A program made the translations under genes and the position numbers. A stretch of 60,897 nt of DNA, filler included, from Gonapodya sp. JEL0774 (Eukaryota): NCBI GenBank assembly GCA_027604505.1. It is 7 parts of 7 records of this genome, joined end to end, with 100 filler letters (N's around TTAATTAATTAA, not from the genome) between each part and the next. Parts side by side here need not be neighbours in the genome. Positions count along the whole stretch, not along the records: positions 26,231 to 34,846 come from JADIIX010000445.1; positions 34,947 to 43,540 come from JADIIX010000446.1; 5 more parts are not named here. The stretch is one strand, 5' to 3'. The notes beneath the pieces were generated by a model. That model made no database searches. It was not told where the DNA came from and saw only the letters and a program-made list of their open reading frames with translations. This document shows positions 26,231 through 35,496 of this stretch, piece after piece. Each line of letters starts with the position of its first letter. The stretch's first letter is position 1.

Positions 26231-29200
26231 ACATCTGCTCTCCTAGGTGGTTGCGCGGACATCCGTAACAAAGGTGGCATGATAATAGCTCCGCCAAGTT
26301 CTTTCCATGTATCCGGAGAGAGTGAAGCACGTTGCTACTCGTGGCTTGAAGGAAAGTCACCATGGGATCGTGAGCTTGTCGAAATGCCCGACTGGCTTGT
26401 GCGGGCACTTCGCGAAAGCGGAGGTCGAGCTGCTCACCACCATGGTGGTCAGCAGACACAGGTGCAGTTGGAAGGACCGGACATTGCTCCAACGCCAGAT
26501 GTGGTGAAGGAGTTTATTGGGCAGAACTTCGCGATTTTACCGGCCTACATTGGTGGGACAAAATGGCTGGGCGAAGGACTGGGTTATGCTATTTCGACCA
26601 CCGTGCAAGACTGTTTCTTCAAGATGGCTGTGCACCAGAGCAACCGGCAGTATTTGTATGTGAACGCTGGGGGGGAGATGACGCGTCGGTGCCATGACGG
26701 GGGGTGCCGCGATAAGATGTGGGGCCAGCGCAAAGTGCCCATCTCCGTGCTCCAGGCGCTTCGGTCGTTATTTCCGGTAGCTGGGGGTGGTAGTAGCCAG
26801 GAGGTGGAGATTGTGACTCTGCTGCCGTCTGGGAAGCGGGCGAGCAAGGCGCGGGGTGGAGTTGCTCCAACGACAATGGACGTGGCTGAGCTGAAGCGGG
26901 CAATTGGGGCGGGCATCTTTGATGCGCAGCCGGTGCTAAACCGGGCACTGAAAGCGCCTCAGGGCACGGCGTGGGACCAGGGTGGTGACAGTTGCCTGAT
27001 TCCGCGTTGTGTGCTTTGTCTCGTGGATAAGAGCCATGCCCACAAGCACGTAGGTGAAAGTTTTCTGCGCGTGAACTGTGACATGACTGTAGATGCCGTG
27101 TGCCGCGAGATGGGATCATTGCGTCTTCAAGGGCCTGTTGCAAGATCCGTGCAGGGTGCATTGCTGAACGTTTCTGTGCTCGTGCAGGAAGACACGAAGG
27201 AGTACGAGTCACTTCGGGACCACGTTGTGGCGTATGCACTGACGCGCGGGTTGCGGCGTGAGAAAGGGACGGGATGGGTGTACCGGCCTGTCGGGGGATT
27301 GAGCTATGCACTCGAGCGGTGGCTGGCGCCCGAGGACTATGTCAACGCAGTGTTTTGGGGTGACCGGGAGCAGGCTTTCACGAAGCGGGCCAACTACTTT
27401 GACAACCTTGTGAGCTATCTCTGCAAGGCTAACCACGAATGTTTTCCGTTTCTGGAGCGGAGCATGCGTTTCTATGGCTTCCGCAACGGAGTCTACGATA
27501 TCGAGAGTTGCGAGTTCACGCCTGCTTCAGAGGTGGCCAGCGATGTGGTGGTACGCAAGTACATTGAAGCCGAGTTCACGGGGTCTGTGGAGACGCCGGA
27601 GTTTGATTCGATATTGCGAACTCAGGGGTACAGTGAAGAGATGCAGACGTTCATGGACGCCTGCCTCGGCCGGCTTTTTGGCATCCGCGACAGCCTTGGA
27701 TTCATGGTGTACATCTATGGGAAGCCAGGAACAGGCAAATCGACTATCCTAAACGTCATGGCGGAGCTTTTCGTTGACGTCGGAGAATTCACGGAAAACT
27801 TTGAGAAAACATTTGGACTTCAACAATGGGCATCAAGCGAAATCGTCATGGGGGACGACGTACCAGCAAATATGGCGGCGCTACTCCCTCAGACGACATT
27901 GCAGTCAATGATCACTGGCGGCAGGGTGTCGATACCTGCCAAAAACAAGCAAGCAAGGGTGGAAAGGTGGAAGATTCCCATAATAATGGCGGGGAATCAC
28001 CCTTTCGGCTACAAGGACACTACAGGGAGTGTAGAGGGCGGTGCGATGGCGCGGAGGGTGCTGGTATTTCATTTTGGCACCGCTGTAGTCAAGGATACAG
28101 CCCTGTTGGACCGTATCATTGGGAGGGAGATTCCTGCCATTTTGCATCGCACGGCGATTGCATACAAACGTCTGCTGAAGGAAAGTGAGTACTGTGACGG
28201 AAATGGCGTATTGCGGAAAAGGGATATCTGGAATATTTGTCCCCCTGAACTACTGGAGTTCAGGGTGGCAGCAAAAATGGAGTCGGATCCTATCTACGCC
28301 TTTCTCAAGGAAAGGTGCGGATATGTTGATGGCGCCTGCAGTGTGACAATCCGGGCGCTTGAAGAATCATATGAGATGCACACGGGAGTAAGAGGCATTG
28401 GTGGTTTCACGAAAGAGGCTCTCCTGCAAGCAGATGAAAGATACGTCGTCAAGGCTCTTATGGTGTGCAAGTCCTGTCAGAGGCCACATAAAAAAGGATG
28501 TTGTGAGTCGTACAGGAGGGAGGAGAGGAGCACTGCCAGAGGTGTTCTGGGGATGACAATGTTGAACGACGGTCAACTCATGACTATTGAGTCCGGAGCA
28601 ACGCGGGCCAATGTGCGCAGGTTCTATGACGGACAGAATATGAGGAAACATGGGTATGGTGGATGGAGTTTGTTGGACTGCCAGCCATCCGCACCTCACA
28701 CTGTCACATCACTCGCTGGACGGAACGGCGCATGTGCTGTGTGGAAGGTTGAGAGCCGAATGTGTCTGCCTCCTGGAAGGCGTGATATTGGCTGGATGAC
28801 AAACAAAGAGGCATCTATTCTCGCTGGTGACGTGGCAGAAGCCCAGGTCAAACACTACCTGTGCAGTGGGGTGGAAATTGACTGGCGCAGAGTTATGAGG
28901 GAGTGTATGGATGTCACTTTGGAGACTCAGCGAGAGATGAACGCATACTTTACAGAGCGTGAGGCTTCTGTGCGGGATGCTGTGCATCTGATCAAGGGTC
29001 TGACTAACGTCATATCCTGGGTATCCCCTTCTGAAAACTTCAGGATAGAGACATCAAACCATGGACCAGTTACCGGCCGGGTTGATTTCTTTGGTACCTG
29101 CGACAGGACGTTCTACATCCTTGAGACGAAGTTCTCTATAAGTGACGTGTCCCCTGGTAACCGGCACTGTCGGCAGATGGAGCTGTATTCGCGCTGGGGT

Positions 29201-29293
29201 TTATCCCAACCAGGGGTAGAGAAATGCATTATGGTATTTTACAATATTCGGACGGGAACTTTAGAAATGGGGAGTTTTCATATGAAGAATTGA
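26231..29293 (+). CDS. Intronless primase-helicase-nuclease: Prim-Pol C-terminal part, Zn fingers, D5-type SF3 helicase, Cys-rich Zn module, PD-(D/E)XK nuclease; 5' truncated by contig start
   Basis: Frame is open from 26231 (DIRNKGGMIIAPPS). Contains CFFKMAVHQSN...CHDGGC finger, GFRNGVYD (D5_N), Walker A GKPGTGKST, Walker B IVMGDD, motif C MAGN, ARR, CKSC..H..GCC, then GRVDFF...ILETK...QMELY. Confidence 0.88.
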   Translation, partial: TSALLGGCADIRNKGGMIIAPPSSFHVSGESEARCYSWLEGKSPWDRELVEMPDWLVRALRESGGRAAHHHGGQQTQVQLEGPDIAPTPDVVKEFIGQNFAILPAYIGGTKWLGEGLGYAISTTVQDCFFKMAVHQSNRQYLYVNAGGEMTRRCHDGGCRDKMWGQRKVPISVLQALRSLFPVAGGGSSQEVEIVTLLPSGKRASKARGGVAPTTMDVAELKRAIGAGIFDAQPVLNRALKAPQGTAWDQGGDSCLIPRCVLCLVDKSHAHKHVGESFLRVNCDMTVDAVCREMGSLRLQGPVARSVQGALLNVSVLVQEDTKEYESLRDHVVAYALTRGLRREKGTGWVYRPVGGLSYALERWLAPEDYVNAVFWGDREQAFTKRANYFDNLVSYLCKANHECFPFLERSMRFYGFRNGVYDIESCEFTPASEVASDVVVRKYIEAEFTGSVETPEFDSILRTQGYSEEMQTFMDACLGRLFGIRDSLGFMVYIYGKPGTGKSTILNVMAELFVDVGEFTENFEKTFGLQQWASSEIVMGDDVPANMAALLPQTTLQSMITGGRVSIPAKNKQARVERWKIPIIMAGNHPFGYKDTTGSVEGGAMARRVLVFHFGTAVVKDTALLDRIIGREIPAILHRTAIAYKRLLKESEYCDGNGVLRKRDIWNICPPELLEFRVAAKMESDPIYAFLKERCGYVDGACSVTIRALEESYEMHTGVRGIGGFTKEALLQADERYVVKALMVCKSCQRPHKKGCCESYRREERSTARGVLGMTMLNDGQLMTIESGATRANVRRFYDGQNMRKHGYGGWSLLDCQPSAPHTVTSLAGRNGACAVWKVESRMCLPPGRRDIGWMTNKEASILAGDVAEAQVKHYLCSGVEIDWRRVMRECMDVTLETQREMNAYFTEREASVRDAVHLIKGLTNVISWVSPSENFRIETSNHGPVTGRVDFFGTCDRTFYILETKFSISDVSPGNRHCRQMELYSRWGLSQPGVEKCIMVFYNIRTGTLEMGSFHMKN

Positions 29294-29500
29294 ACTTCAG
29301 CGAAACATTTGTAGAATGACTAAAACTCCAAATCGGATTGATTCAGAATCACATCGAAAGAAAAACTGATCCCAGAGAACAGATGCGATTGATTGGTAAT
29401 CGCGAGGATCCATCCCATTAGGAGATTATAAAATGAATCCTTCCATACCCTTCTCCCACAACTTTCTCAAACTTTTATTTTCTGTTCGCTTCCTCCCATC

Positions 29501-32500
29501 ATGACGAACAAGGAACAACTCTCAAAGTACTGGGAACTAGGCTGGATAGCCTTCCCTATCTCGCTCACCTGGAATGCGCAGCGCGAGAAGAAGGAGCTAC
29601 AGGCTCCAAAAGGATGGCAGAATCTCGATATCGAAGCGGCCAAGGCCCTTCCACTCAGGTCCGCGATCGCCATTCAGACTGGCTCTGCATCAGGAATCAT
29701 CGTCCTGGACATTGACGATGTCGACGGGTGGCAGCGCTTTCTCGACGATAAGGGTAGGGAAGCTCCTGAAACCGTCACCGCGCGTTCTCAGAGCGGCGGT
29801 CTTCACTACTACATGGAGTGGACCGACTCAATTGCAGATCTCAAATCGACATCTGCTCTCTTAGGTGGTTGTGCGGACATCCGTAACAAAGGTGGCATGA
29901 TAATAGCTCCACCAAGTTCTTTCCACGTATCCGGAGAGAGTGAAGCGCGTTGCTACTCGTGGCTTGAAGGAAAGTCACCATGGGATCGTGAGCTTGTCGA
30001 AGTGCCCGACTGGCTTGTGCGGGCACTTCGCGAAAGCGGAGGTCGAGCTGCTCACCACCATGGTGGTCAGCAGACACAGTTGCAGTTGGAAGGACCGGAC
30101 ATTGTTCCAACGCCAGATGTGGTGAAGGAGTTTATTGGGCAGAACTTTGCGATTTTACCGCCCTACGTTGGTGGGACTAAATGGCTGGGCGAAGGATTGG
30201 GTTATGCTATTTCGACCACCGTGCAAGACTGTTTCTTCAAGATGGCTGTGCACCAGAGCAATCGGCAGTATCTATACGTGAACGCTGGCGGAGAGATGAC
30301 GCGTCGGTGCCATGACGGGGAGTGCCGCGATAAGTTGTGGGGCCAGCGCAAAGTGCCCAGCAATGTGATGCAGGTCATTGAAGAACTATTTCCTTCCCAC
30401 AACTGGGAGAATACGCTGGACGATGAGGAGCTCACAGGAAAGAGCAGGAGTGAGTTGGCGTGTCAATCCGGTGGAGTTCAACAGCGCTGCACAGGGACTG
30501 TCGAAATGCGGACGACCCCTCTGGAGGTGCAGAAACTTATCGCCAAAGCGTACGGTATGGAGATGGAGAGTGTTGGAAGGACCAAGCTTGCAACGAGCGG
30601 CAAGGGGTACATAGTTGCGACAAACCAGCGTTTCTGCCCATTCGCTGGGGCTTCCCACGACCGCGGCATGCAATACATCTTCGTCGGCACGAAAGGTGAT
30701 ATGACGCGACGGTGTCAGGCGGCTGAGTGTAGAGAGAGTCGGCGTGGAAAGGGGGGTTGTCCAAAGAAGGTGCCGCCGGCTACAATGCAGACGTTGAGAT
30801 TGCTATTTCCTGAAGATATGAAGGCACCCACAGAGAGCAAGGTTGATGGCGAGCTATCGTCGTCACCTGCCATGGACGACGATATCGTCGGAGTGATTAC
30901 ATCGAATATTGCGAGCGCACAGCCATCACTCAATCGCGCATTGGGGATCGCATCTGGGACCAACTGGTCGCACTTGAGCGGCGAGCTTATCCCGCATTGC
31001 CTTCAGTGCCTCGTGGATAACACCCACCTGCACGAATGCGTCGGTCAAAGTCGCCTGAGAATCTGCGCCGCTGACAAGAGCGTGGTAGCAACTTGCCAAA
31101 CACTCCCTAACACAAGGCTTTACAACAAATCGACCAGCGACTGCGTCTTCTTTGCTCTAAATCTGGTGAAAATCACGATTCAGGAAGATACGAGTCAACA
31201 TGTGGCTCTGCGCGATCACATTCTCACTTTCGCGAAAACGCGCGGATTACGGCGCGAGAAGGGAACTGGATTCGTCTTCCAGCCGACCAACGATTTGTCG
31301 TACGCCCCTAGTCGTTGGCTGCCGGTGGAGCAGTTTGTCAATGAGGTCATGGTTCTACCTGAGCTCCAGAAATTGATGACGAGCAAGCCCGGACTGTACC
31401 GGGATCTCGTTGCGCTCGTGAAAAATGAGCGCGACGACGACTTCCCATTTTTAGAGGTAGATCGGTGCCTCATCGGATTCCGCAACGGCGTGTTCAATGT
31501 GGAGACGTGTGAATTCACCATGGCTGTGGATGTGCCCAATGAATGGGTCGCGCGGATCTATTTGGACAAGGTATTTACCGCCTCGACCGAAACCCCACTT
31601 TTTGACAGTATCCTTGAAATGCAACAATGGGGACAAGACGTGAAGGACTTCTTCTATATGTGCCTTGGCCGCACTTTGAGTCTGCGTGACAATTGGCAGT
31701 TCATCTTGCTCCTTCGCGGGGTCAGTGGGACTGGAAAATCAACCATTATCAACATATGGAAAAAGTTTTTCAGCAATATAGGTACCTTCAGCAAAACAAC
31801 GAGCTCGAATTTCAGCCTTGCGGCGTGGTACGACAAGGAGATCGTCATTTCAGATGAATTGCCCAGGGATATGAAGACCGCTCTCGGAGAACAGATCCTG
31901 AAATCGATGGCGTCCAACGGTGAAGTGGAGATTGAGCCAAAGCACCAAACGGGCTTCTCTGTGGAATTCAGAGTGCCTGCCGCCTGGGCGACAAATCACG
32001 GTCTGAACTACGTCGATGCCAATGGGGAGATCGCGAGACGGTTTTTGACCTTCATGTTCTTGTTCGCAATACCCCCCGGGTCTGGGAATGCGAACCTCGA
32101 CGCTCAAATCATTGAGGGCGAACTCCCCGCGTTGTTAAAGCGATGCGCTGTCGCGTACAAAGAGGCTCTCGAACGCTACTCACCGTCCAACAACGGTGGC
32201 AGGGGGAGATTGATTTGGGATTTTGCCCCCCCAACGCTCCAGGGATGGCGAGACCAAGCACGAGCTAGCAACGACTCTATGTTTGAGTTTCTTCGTGAGC
32301 ACTGCGAGTATGCTATAGGCGAGAGGATGTCCGTCCACGACCTCAAGGTTGGTTTTGAGGAGCGCATGGGTAGTCCTTTCCCGATGCGAGGTGGGGTCAA
32401 GAGGATAGTTGAACTGGATCCGCGTTACACGGAAACACGTGTCAACGCGTGCAGCACCTGCGACTCCATCGCTAGTGGAGGGAAGTGTTGTGAGGCGTAT

Positions 32501-32554
32501 GATAAGGCCAGTAGAAAGAAAATACCGTCAGTGTGTAACTTAAAATTCAAATAA
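29501..32554 (+). CDS. Intronless bifunctional primase-polymerase (Prim-Pol) fused to Zn fingers and a D5-type SF3 helicase (1017 aa)
   Basis: Prim-Pol motifs GWIAFPI, IQTG..GIIVLDIDD, SQSGGLHYY and DIRNKGGMIIAPPS. Two C-x6-H...C-x4-C fingers. GFRNGVFN, Walker A GVSGTGKST, Walker B IVISDE, motif C WATN, ARRF, and C-terminal CSTC...KCC. Confidence 0.93.
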   Translation: MTNKEQLSKYWELGWIAFPISLTWNAQREKKELQAPKGWQNLDIEAAKALPLRSAIAIQTGSASGIIVLDIDDVDGWQRFLDDKGREAPETVTARSQSGGLHYYMEWTDSIADLKSTSALLGGCADIRNKGGMIIAPPSSFHVSGESEARCYSWLEGKSPWDRELVEVPDWLVRALRESGGRAAHHHGGQQTQLQLEGPDIVPTPDVVKEFIGQNFAILPPYVGGTKWLGEGLGYAISTTVQDCFFKMAVHQSNRQYLYVNAGGEMTRRCHDGECRDKLWGQRKVPSNVMQVIEELFPSHNWENTLDDEELTGKSRSELACQSGGVQQRCTGTVEMRTTPLEVQKLIAKAYGMEMESVGRTKLATSGKGYIVATNQRFCPFAGASHDRGMQYIFVGTKGDMTRRCQAAECRESRRGKGGCPKKVPPATMQTLRLLFPEDMKAPTESKVDGELSSSPAMDDDIVGVITSNIASAQPSLNRALGIASGTNWSHLSGELIPHCLQCLVDNTHLHECVGQSRLRICAADKSVVATCQTLPNTRLYNKSTSDCVFFALNLVKITIQEDTSQHVALRDHILTFAKTRGLRREKGTGFVFQPTNDLSYAPSRWLPVEQFVNEVMVLPELQKLMTSKPGLYRDLVALVKNERDDDFPFLEVDRCLIGFRNGVFNVETCEFTMAVDVPNEWVARIYLDKVFTASTETPLFDSILEMQQWGQDVKDFFYMCLGRTLSLRDNWQFILLLRGVSGTGKSTIINIWKKFFSNIGTFSKTTSSNFSLAAWYDKEIVISDELPRDMKTALGEQILKSMASNGEVEIEPKHQTGFSVEFRVPAAWATNHGLNYVDANGEIARRFLTFMFLFAIPPGSGNANLDAQIIEGELPALLKRCAVAYKEALERYSPSNNGGRGRLIWDFAPPTLQGWRDQARASNDSMFEFLREHCEYAIGERMSVHDLKVGFEERMGSPFPMRGGVKRIVELDPRYTETRVNACSTCDSIASGGKCCEAYDKASRKKIPSVCNLKFK

Positions 32555-32574
32555 GGCCGGTTGGCGAGAGAACT

Positions 32575-32870
32575 TGTCTCACTTGTCTCATTGTTGTCTC
32601 ACCTTTTCCTGTTAGTTAACGGTAACTACCCTATAATATGACTGTGAGACAGGTGAGATAGGTGAGACATACCCTTTTTAGTTCTATGAGCTCCAAAAAG
32701 AGGAAAACAAGAAAATGAAAAATGAACAGTATATACGAGTATATGGAGAAGTATTATGAGATTTAGCTGTCTCACTTATCTCACAGGTCATTTTGCCGTT
32801 AACAAGCGGTGCTTACTGACAAGCTGCACTGTCTCATTTGTGTCTCATTTGTGTCTCACTTTGTGTCTCA
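32575..32870. repeat. Iteron-like array of 12 TGTCTCA/TATCTCA heptamers in both orientations around an AT-rich core; candidate replication origin
   Basis: Forward copies at 32575, 32584, 32595, 32768, 32777, 32830, 32841, 32852, 32864. Reverse copies at 32645, 32654, 32663. Imperfect inverted repeat 32625-32661 vs 32767-32803. Confidence 0.8.
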
Positions 32871-33607
32871 CCTGAAGACAATCGACAGAGCCTCTATAAC
32901 AGAGGGAAGGCGAGAGAGAATCGGCATCACTGCAAGCTGCTTTGATCTTCGCCCACGTCCGGGTTGATTGACGTCTACTGCATGTAGCATCTGAAGATGT
33001 TGTGGAAATGTCCGCTCCGAGCACCTCTGCCCCACTCTTGAACTTTTTACGCATTTTTTCGACGTCGTCGTCCCTGACATCCCGTGGAGCATCGTGGCGA
33101 ACGACAAAGTGACCACCCACGAGGAAACCGGCTGGCGAAGACCGCAGCCGCTCGTTGAACGCGGTGGGGGAGGGTGCAGCAGCTACATGCATTGTATGAC
33201 AATGTCGATCAATGCTCTCCAACGTGTTGAATCTCGAAAGAGAAGAAAACTTATGGCTGCGCCACTGCATGCACCCGTCATGTACGACATTCGTGTGGTG
33301 CACTTACTGTCCACATTTTCCGTCAAAACCAATAGCATTTCGAAAAAACGCCACTTTTTTGCACTTTTGATGTGACTCCGTGAATGGTCGGTGTAGGACT
33401 TTCTCTATGAGTTGATTCCTGGAGCAACTGGAGCAGCTGTATTCTCAAACCAGGGCCGGGCTGGACTGGTATTATCTTTCATGACTATGTATTCTACTCA
33501 GATAATGGGGACAGATCTCCGGAAGGTCGTTCAACGGCGACCACAGCACATATACATGCAGTGATCCCATTTCGAAAATCCACGAAGTGTCTCTGAAAAC
33601 AGGCAGG

Positions 33608-34399
33608 ATGCAGGCTCGTGGAGGCTTATTCAAAACAATCGAGCCACCTCTCGCTGGAAAACTGCTCGATGGGGCGGCCGCTGGCCTGGACGGACTGAAG
33701 CTCCTGGAAGATATCCCTGTGTTTGGAGTCTGTGCAAAGGCTCTCACTGTCCTCATTACAGTGGCAAAAGACTTCAAAGACAACGAAGAGCTTGTAGTCC
33801 GTCTAACCAGTCGCTGCTCACTGCTTGCCAGGAAGATTGCAGACCGCGTGGTTAAGGAAAACATGGGGCTTCGGGAAGGCCATGCAATCAAGCTTACCGG
33901 GTTCGTAACCTCTCCTGAATCCACTTGCAGGCTCTGGCAATAAAACTTGTTTTGCCGTCCTTAAGGTTTTCTTGAGGAGACTGTCCAGTTCCTCGAGACG
34001 GTCAAGGGAAAAAACAAGTGGTACCGCGTACTGAAGAGCAGTGGGACAAGGACAGAACTCAAAGAGTGCGACAACAGACTCCAAACCATGGTACAAGACT
34101 TCCAGGTGAGTGTGGATAGCATTTGTGCGATCTAAAGTCCCTGAAGAACCGACACCACGATTGAATGATAGCTTGCAGCTGTCCTGAATCTCGACAAGTG
34201 GGCCACTGAGAACGACATTGACCGTCAGGCCGCCGAAACTACTGCGCAACATGCACTCAAGCAACTGCTCAAGAACGACACTACCATCCTTGCGACGCTG
34301 GAGCTGGGGAATGCCCAATTAATGGATGTCTTGCGAACGATTCGTGGCGACGCGTCGGCAGAGTGCTTGCTGAGGCCCCCAAGATCAACTCCACCTTGA
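33608..34399 (+). pseudogene. MLKL/HeLo-like N-terminal four-helix-bundle gene fragment without a downstream kinase/NLR domain
   Basis: IPVFGVCAKALTVLITVAKDFKDNEELVVRLTSRC | FLEETVQFLETVKGKNKWYRVLKSSGTRTELKECDNRLQTMVQDFQ | LAAVLNL... The first intron cannot be joined in phase with GT-AG, and the frame stops at ~34399. Confidence 0.6.
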
Positions 34400-34846
34400 C
34401 GTTGCTTGATGTCGGGGTTTCTTTTGTACATGGGACCAACTTCCCTCTTCTCGACGGACATTCTACGAAAATGAATGTGTTGAGCGATGACTTGAGTGAT
34501 ATTGTTGTTGGTCAGACGCTGGGCTAGTCCTAGTCGAGATCAATGATGTAAAATACACCGTAGCATTCTCTATTCAAAGCAAGAGATTTCCGCAGTCATC
34601 GTGAACAAGCTCAACACTTTCATGATTAGTTTTGAGTGCTATACCGTGAGTCCGGGAAACTGCAAATTCCGGTAAACTCTTTGCAGATGGATCATGGAAT
34701 ACTCGCTACATTTAGAAGAACTACGGCTAGATTGTTCTGACCTTGATAGTGAAGAGTCAATGTCAGCAGGCGCTAAGGACGCTTGCCACCCCGCAGACCT
34801 CGTCGTCGATCTACCATCTCTTACTGTCTTAACTCAAAGGAATTAC

Positions 34847-34946
34847 NNNNNNNNNNNNNNNNNNNNNNNNNNNNNNNNNNNNNNNNNNNNTTAATTAATT
34901 AANNNNNNNNNNNNNNNNNNNNNNNNNNNNNNNNNNNNNNNNNNNN
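34847..34946. other. Artificial contig spacer
   Basis: 44N-TTAATTAATTAA-44N. Confidence 0.99.
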
Positions 34947-35204
34947 AACCCGCAAAAAGTGGTCGACATCGTAACTGGTCAGGTGAAAGCTTCCACCATC
35001 TCCGACCGTACAGTAGTGGGTTCCACGGCGGAGAAGACCTTCTTGTGGGCTTTTGAAAACATATCGGAACGGTGGATTGACTGGGCGCTGTTTGAGCTGC
35101 AATCACAACGGAGGGAGAAGGAATGGCAACAGGAAGTGGAGGCGAGGGAGAGGGCGGCGGCACGGGTGGTGTCTACCACTGTGAAAGCGCCGGTGATGGC
35201 ATAA
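34947..35204 (+). CDS. 3' end of a short-chain dehydrogenase paralog (5' truncated)
   Basis: NPQKVVDIVTGQVKASTISDRTVVGS..EKTFLWAFENISERWID closely matches the last exon of the adjacent SDR. Confidence 0.8.
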   Translation, partial: NPQKVVDIVTGQVKASTISDRTVVGSTAEKTFLWAFENISERWIDWALFELQSQRREKEWQQEVEARERAAARVVSTTVKAPVMA

Positions 35205-35496
35205 CGGACCTCAAATTTAACTGAATGGCTTTATGCGATTATTCGGGATGTGCTTCATAATTGTGTAATCATTCTGGAAGCAGCAGTAAACTACACCAGC
35301 AAGCAAGTACTCCCAAAATATCATGCTGCATGCAATGATGCAAATCTTCCGCAGGTTCCATGCACGAGCGAATATGTTTCCTTTCGTTCTTTTGCTCTCC
35401 GACAGCACCAAGTGTCCGCGGTGGATATATGTGTTGCACCAACAATAATACATACACAACGGTTTCATCACCGAACTCAGATTGCATTCCGCATCC

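Noticed and set aside
32575..32870. CRISPR-like array next to a Cas4-like nuclease
   Set aside because: Repeats are 7-mers with 2-5 bp gaps in both orientations. There are no 25-40 bp repeats with unique spacers and no cas1/cas2.
32845..33303. Minus ORF with RKKFKSGAEV resembling an MBD-type motif
   Set aside because: Only a few residues match, the upstream GW and DVYY elements are missing, and the ORF runs into the repeat array.
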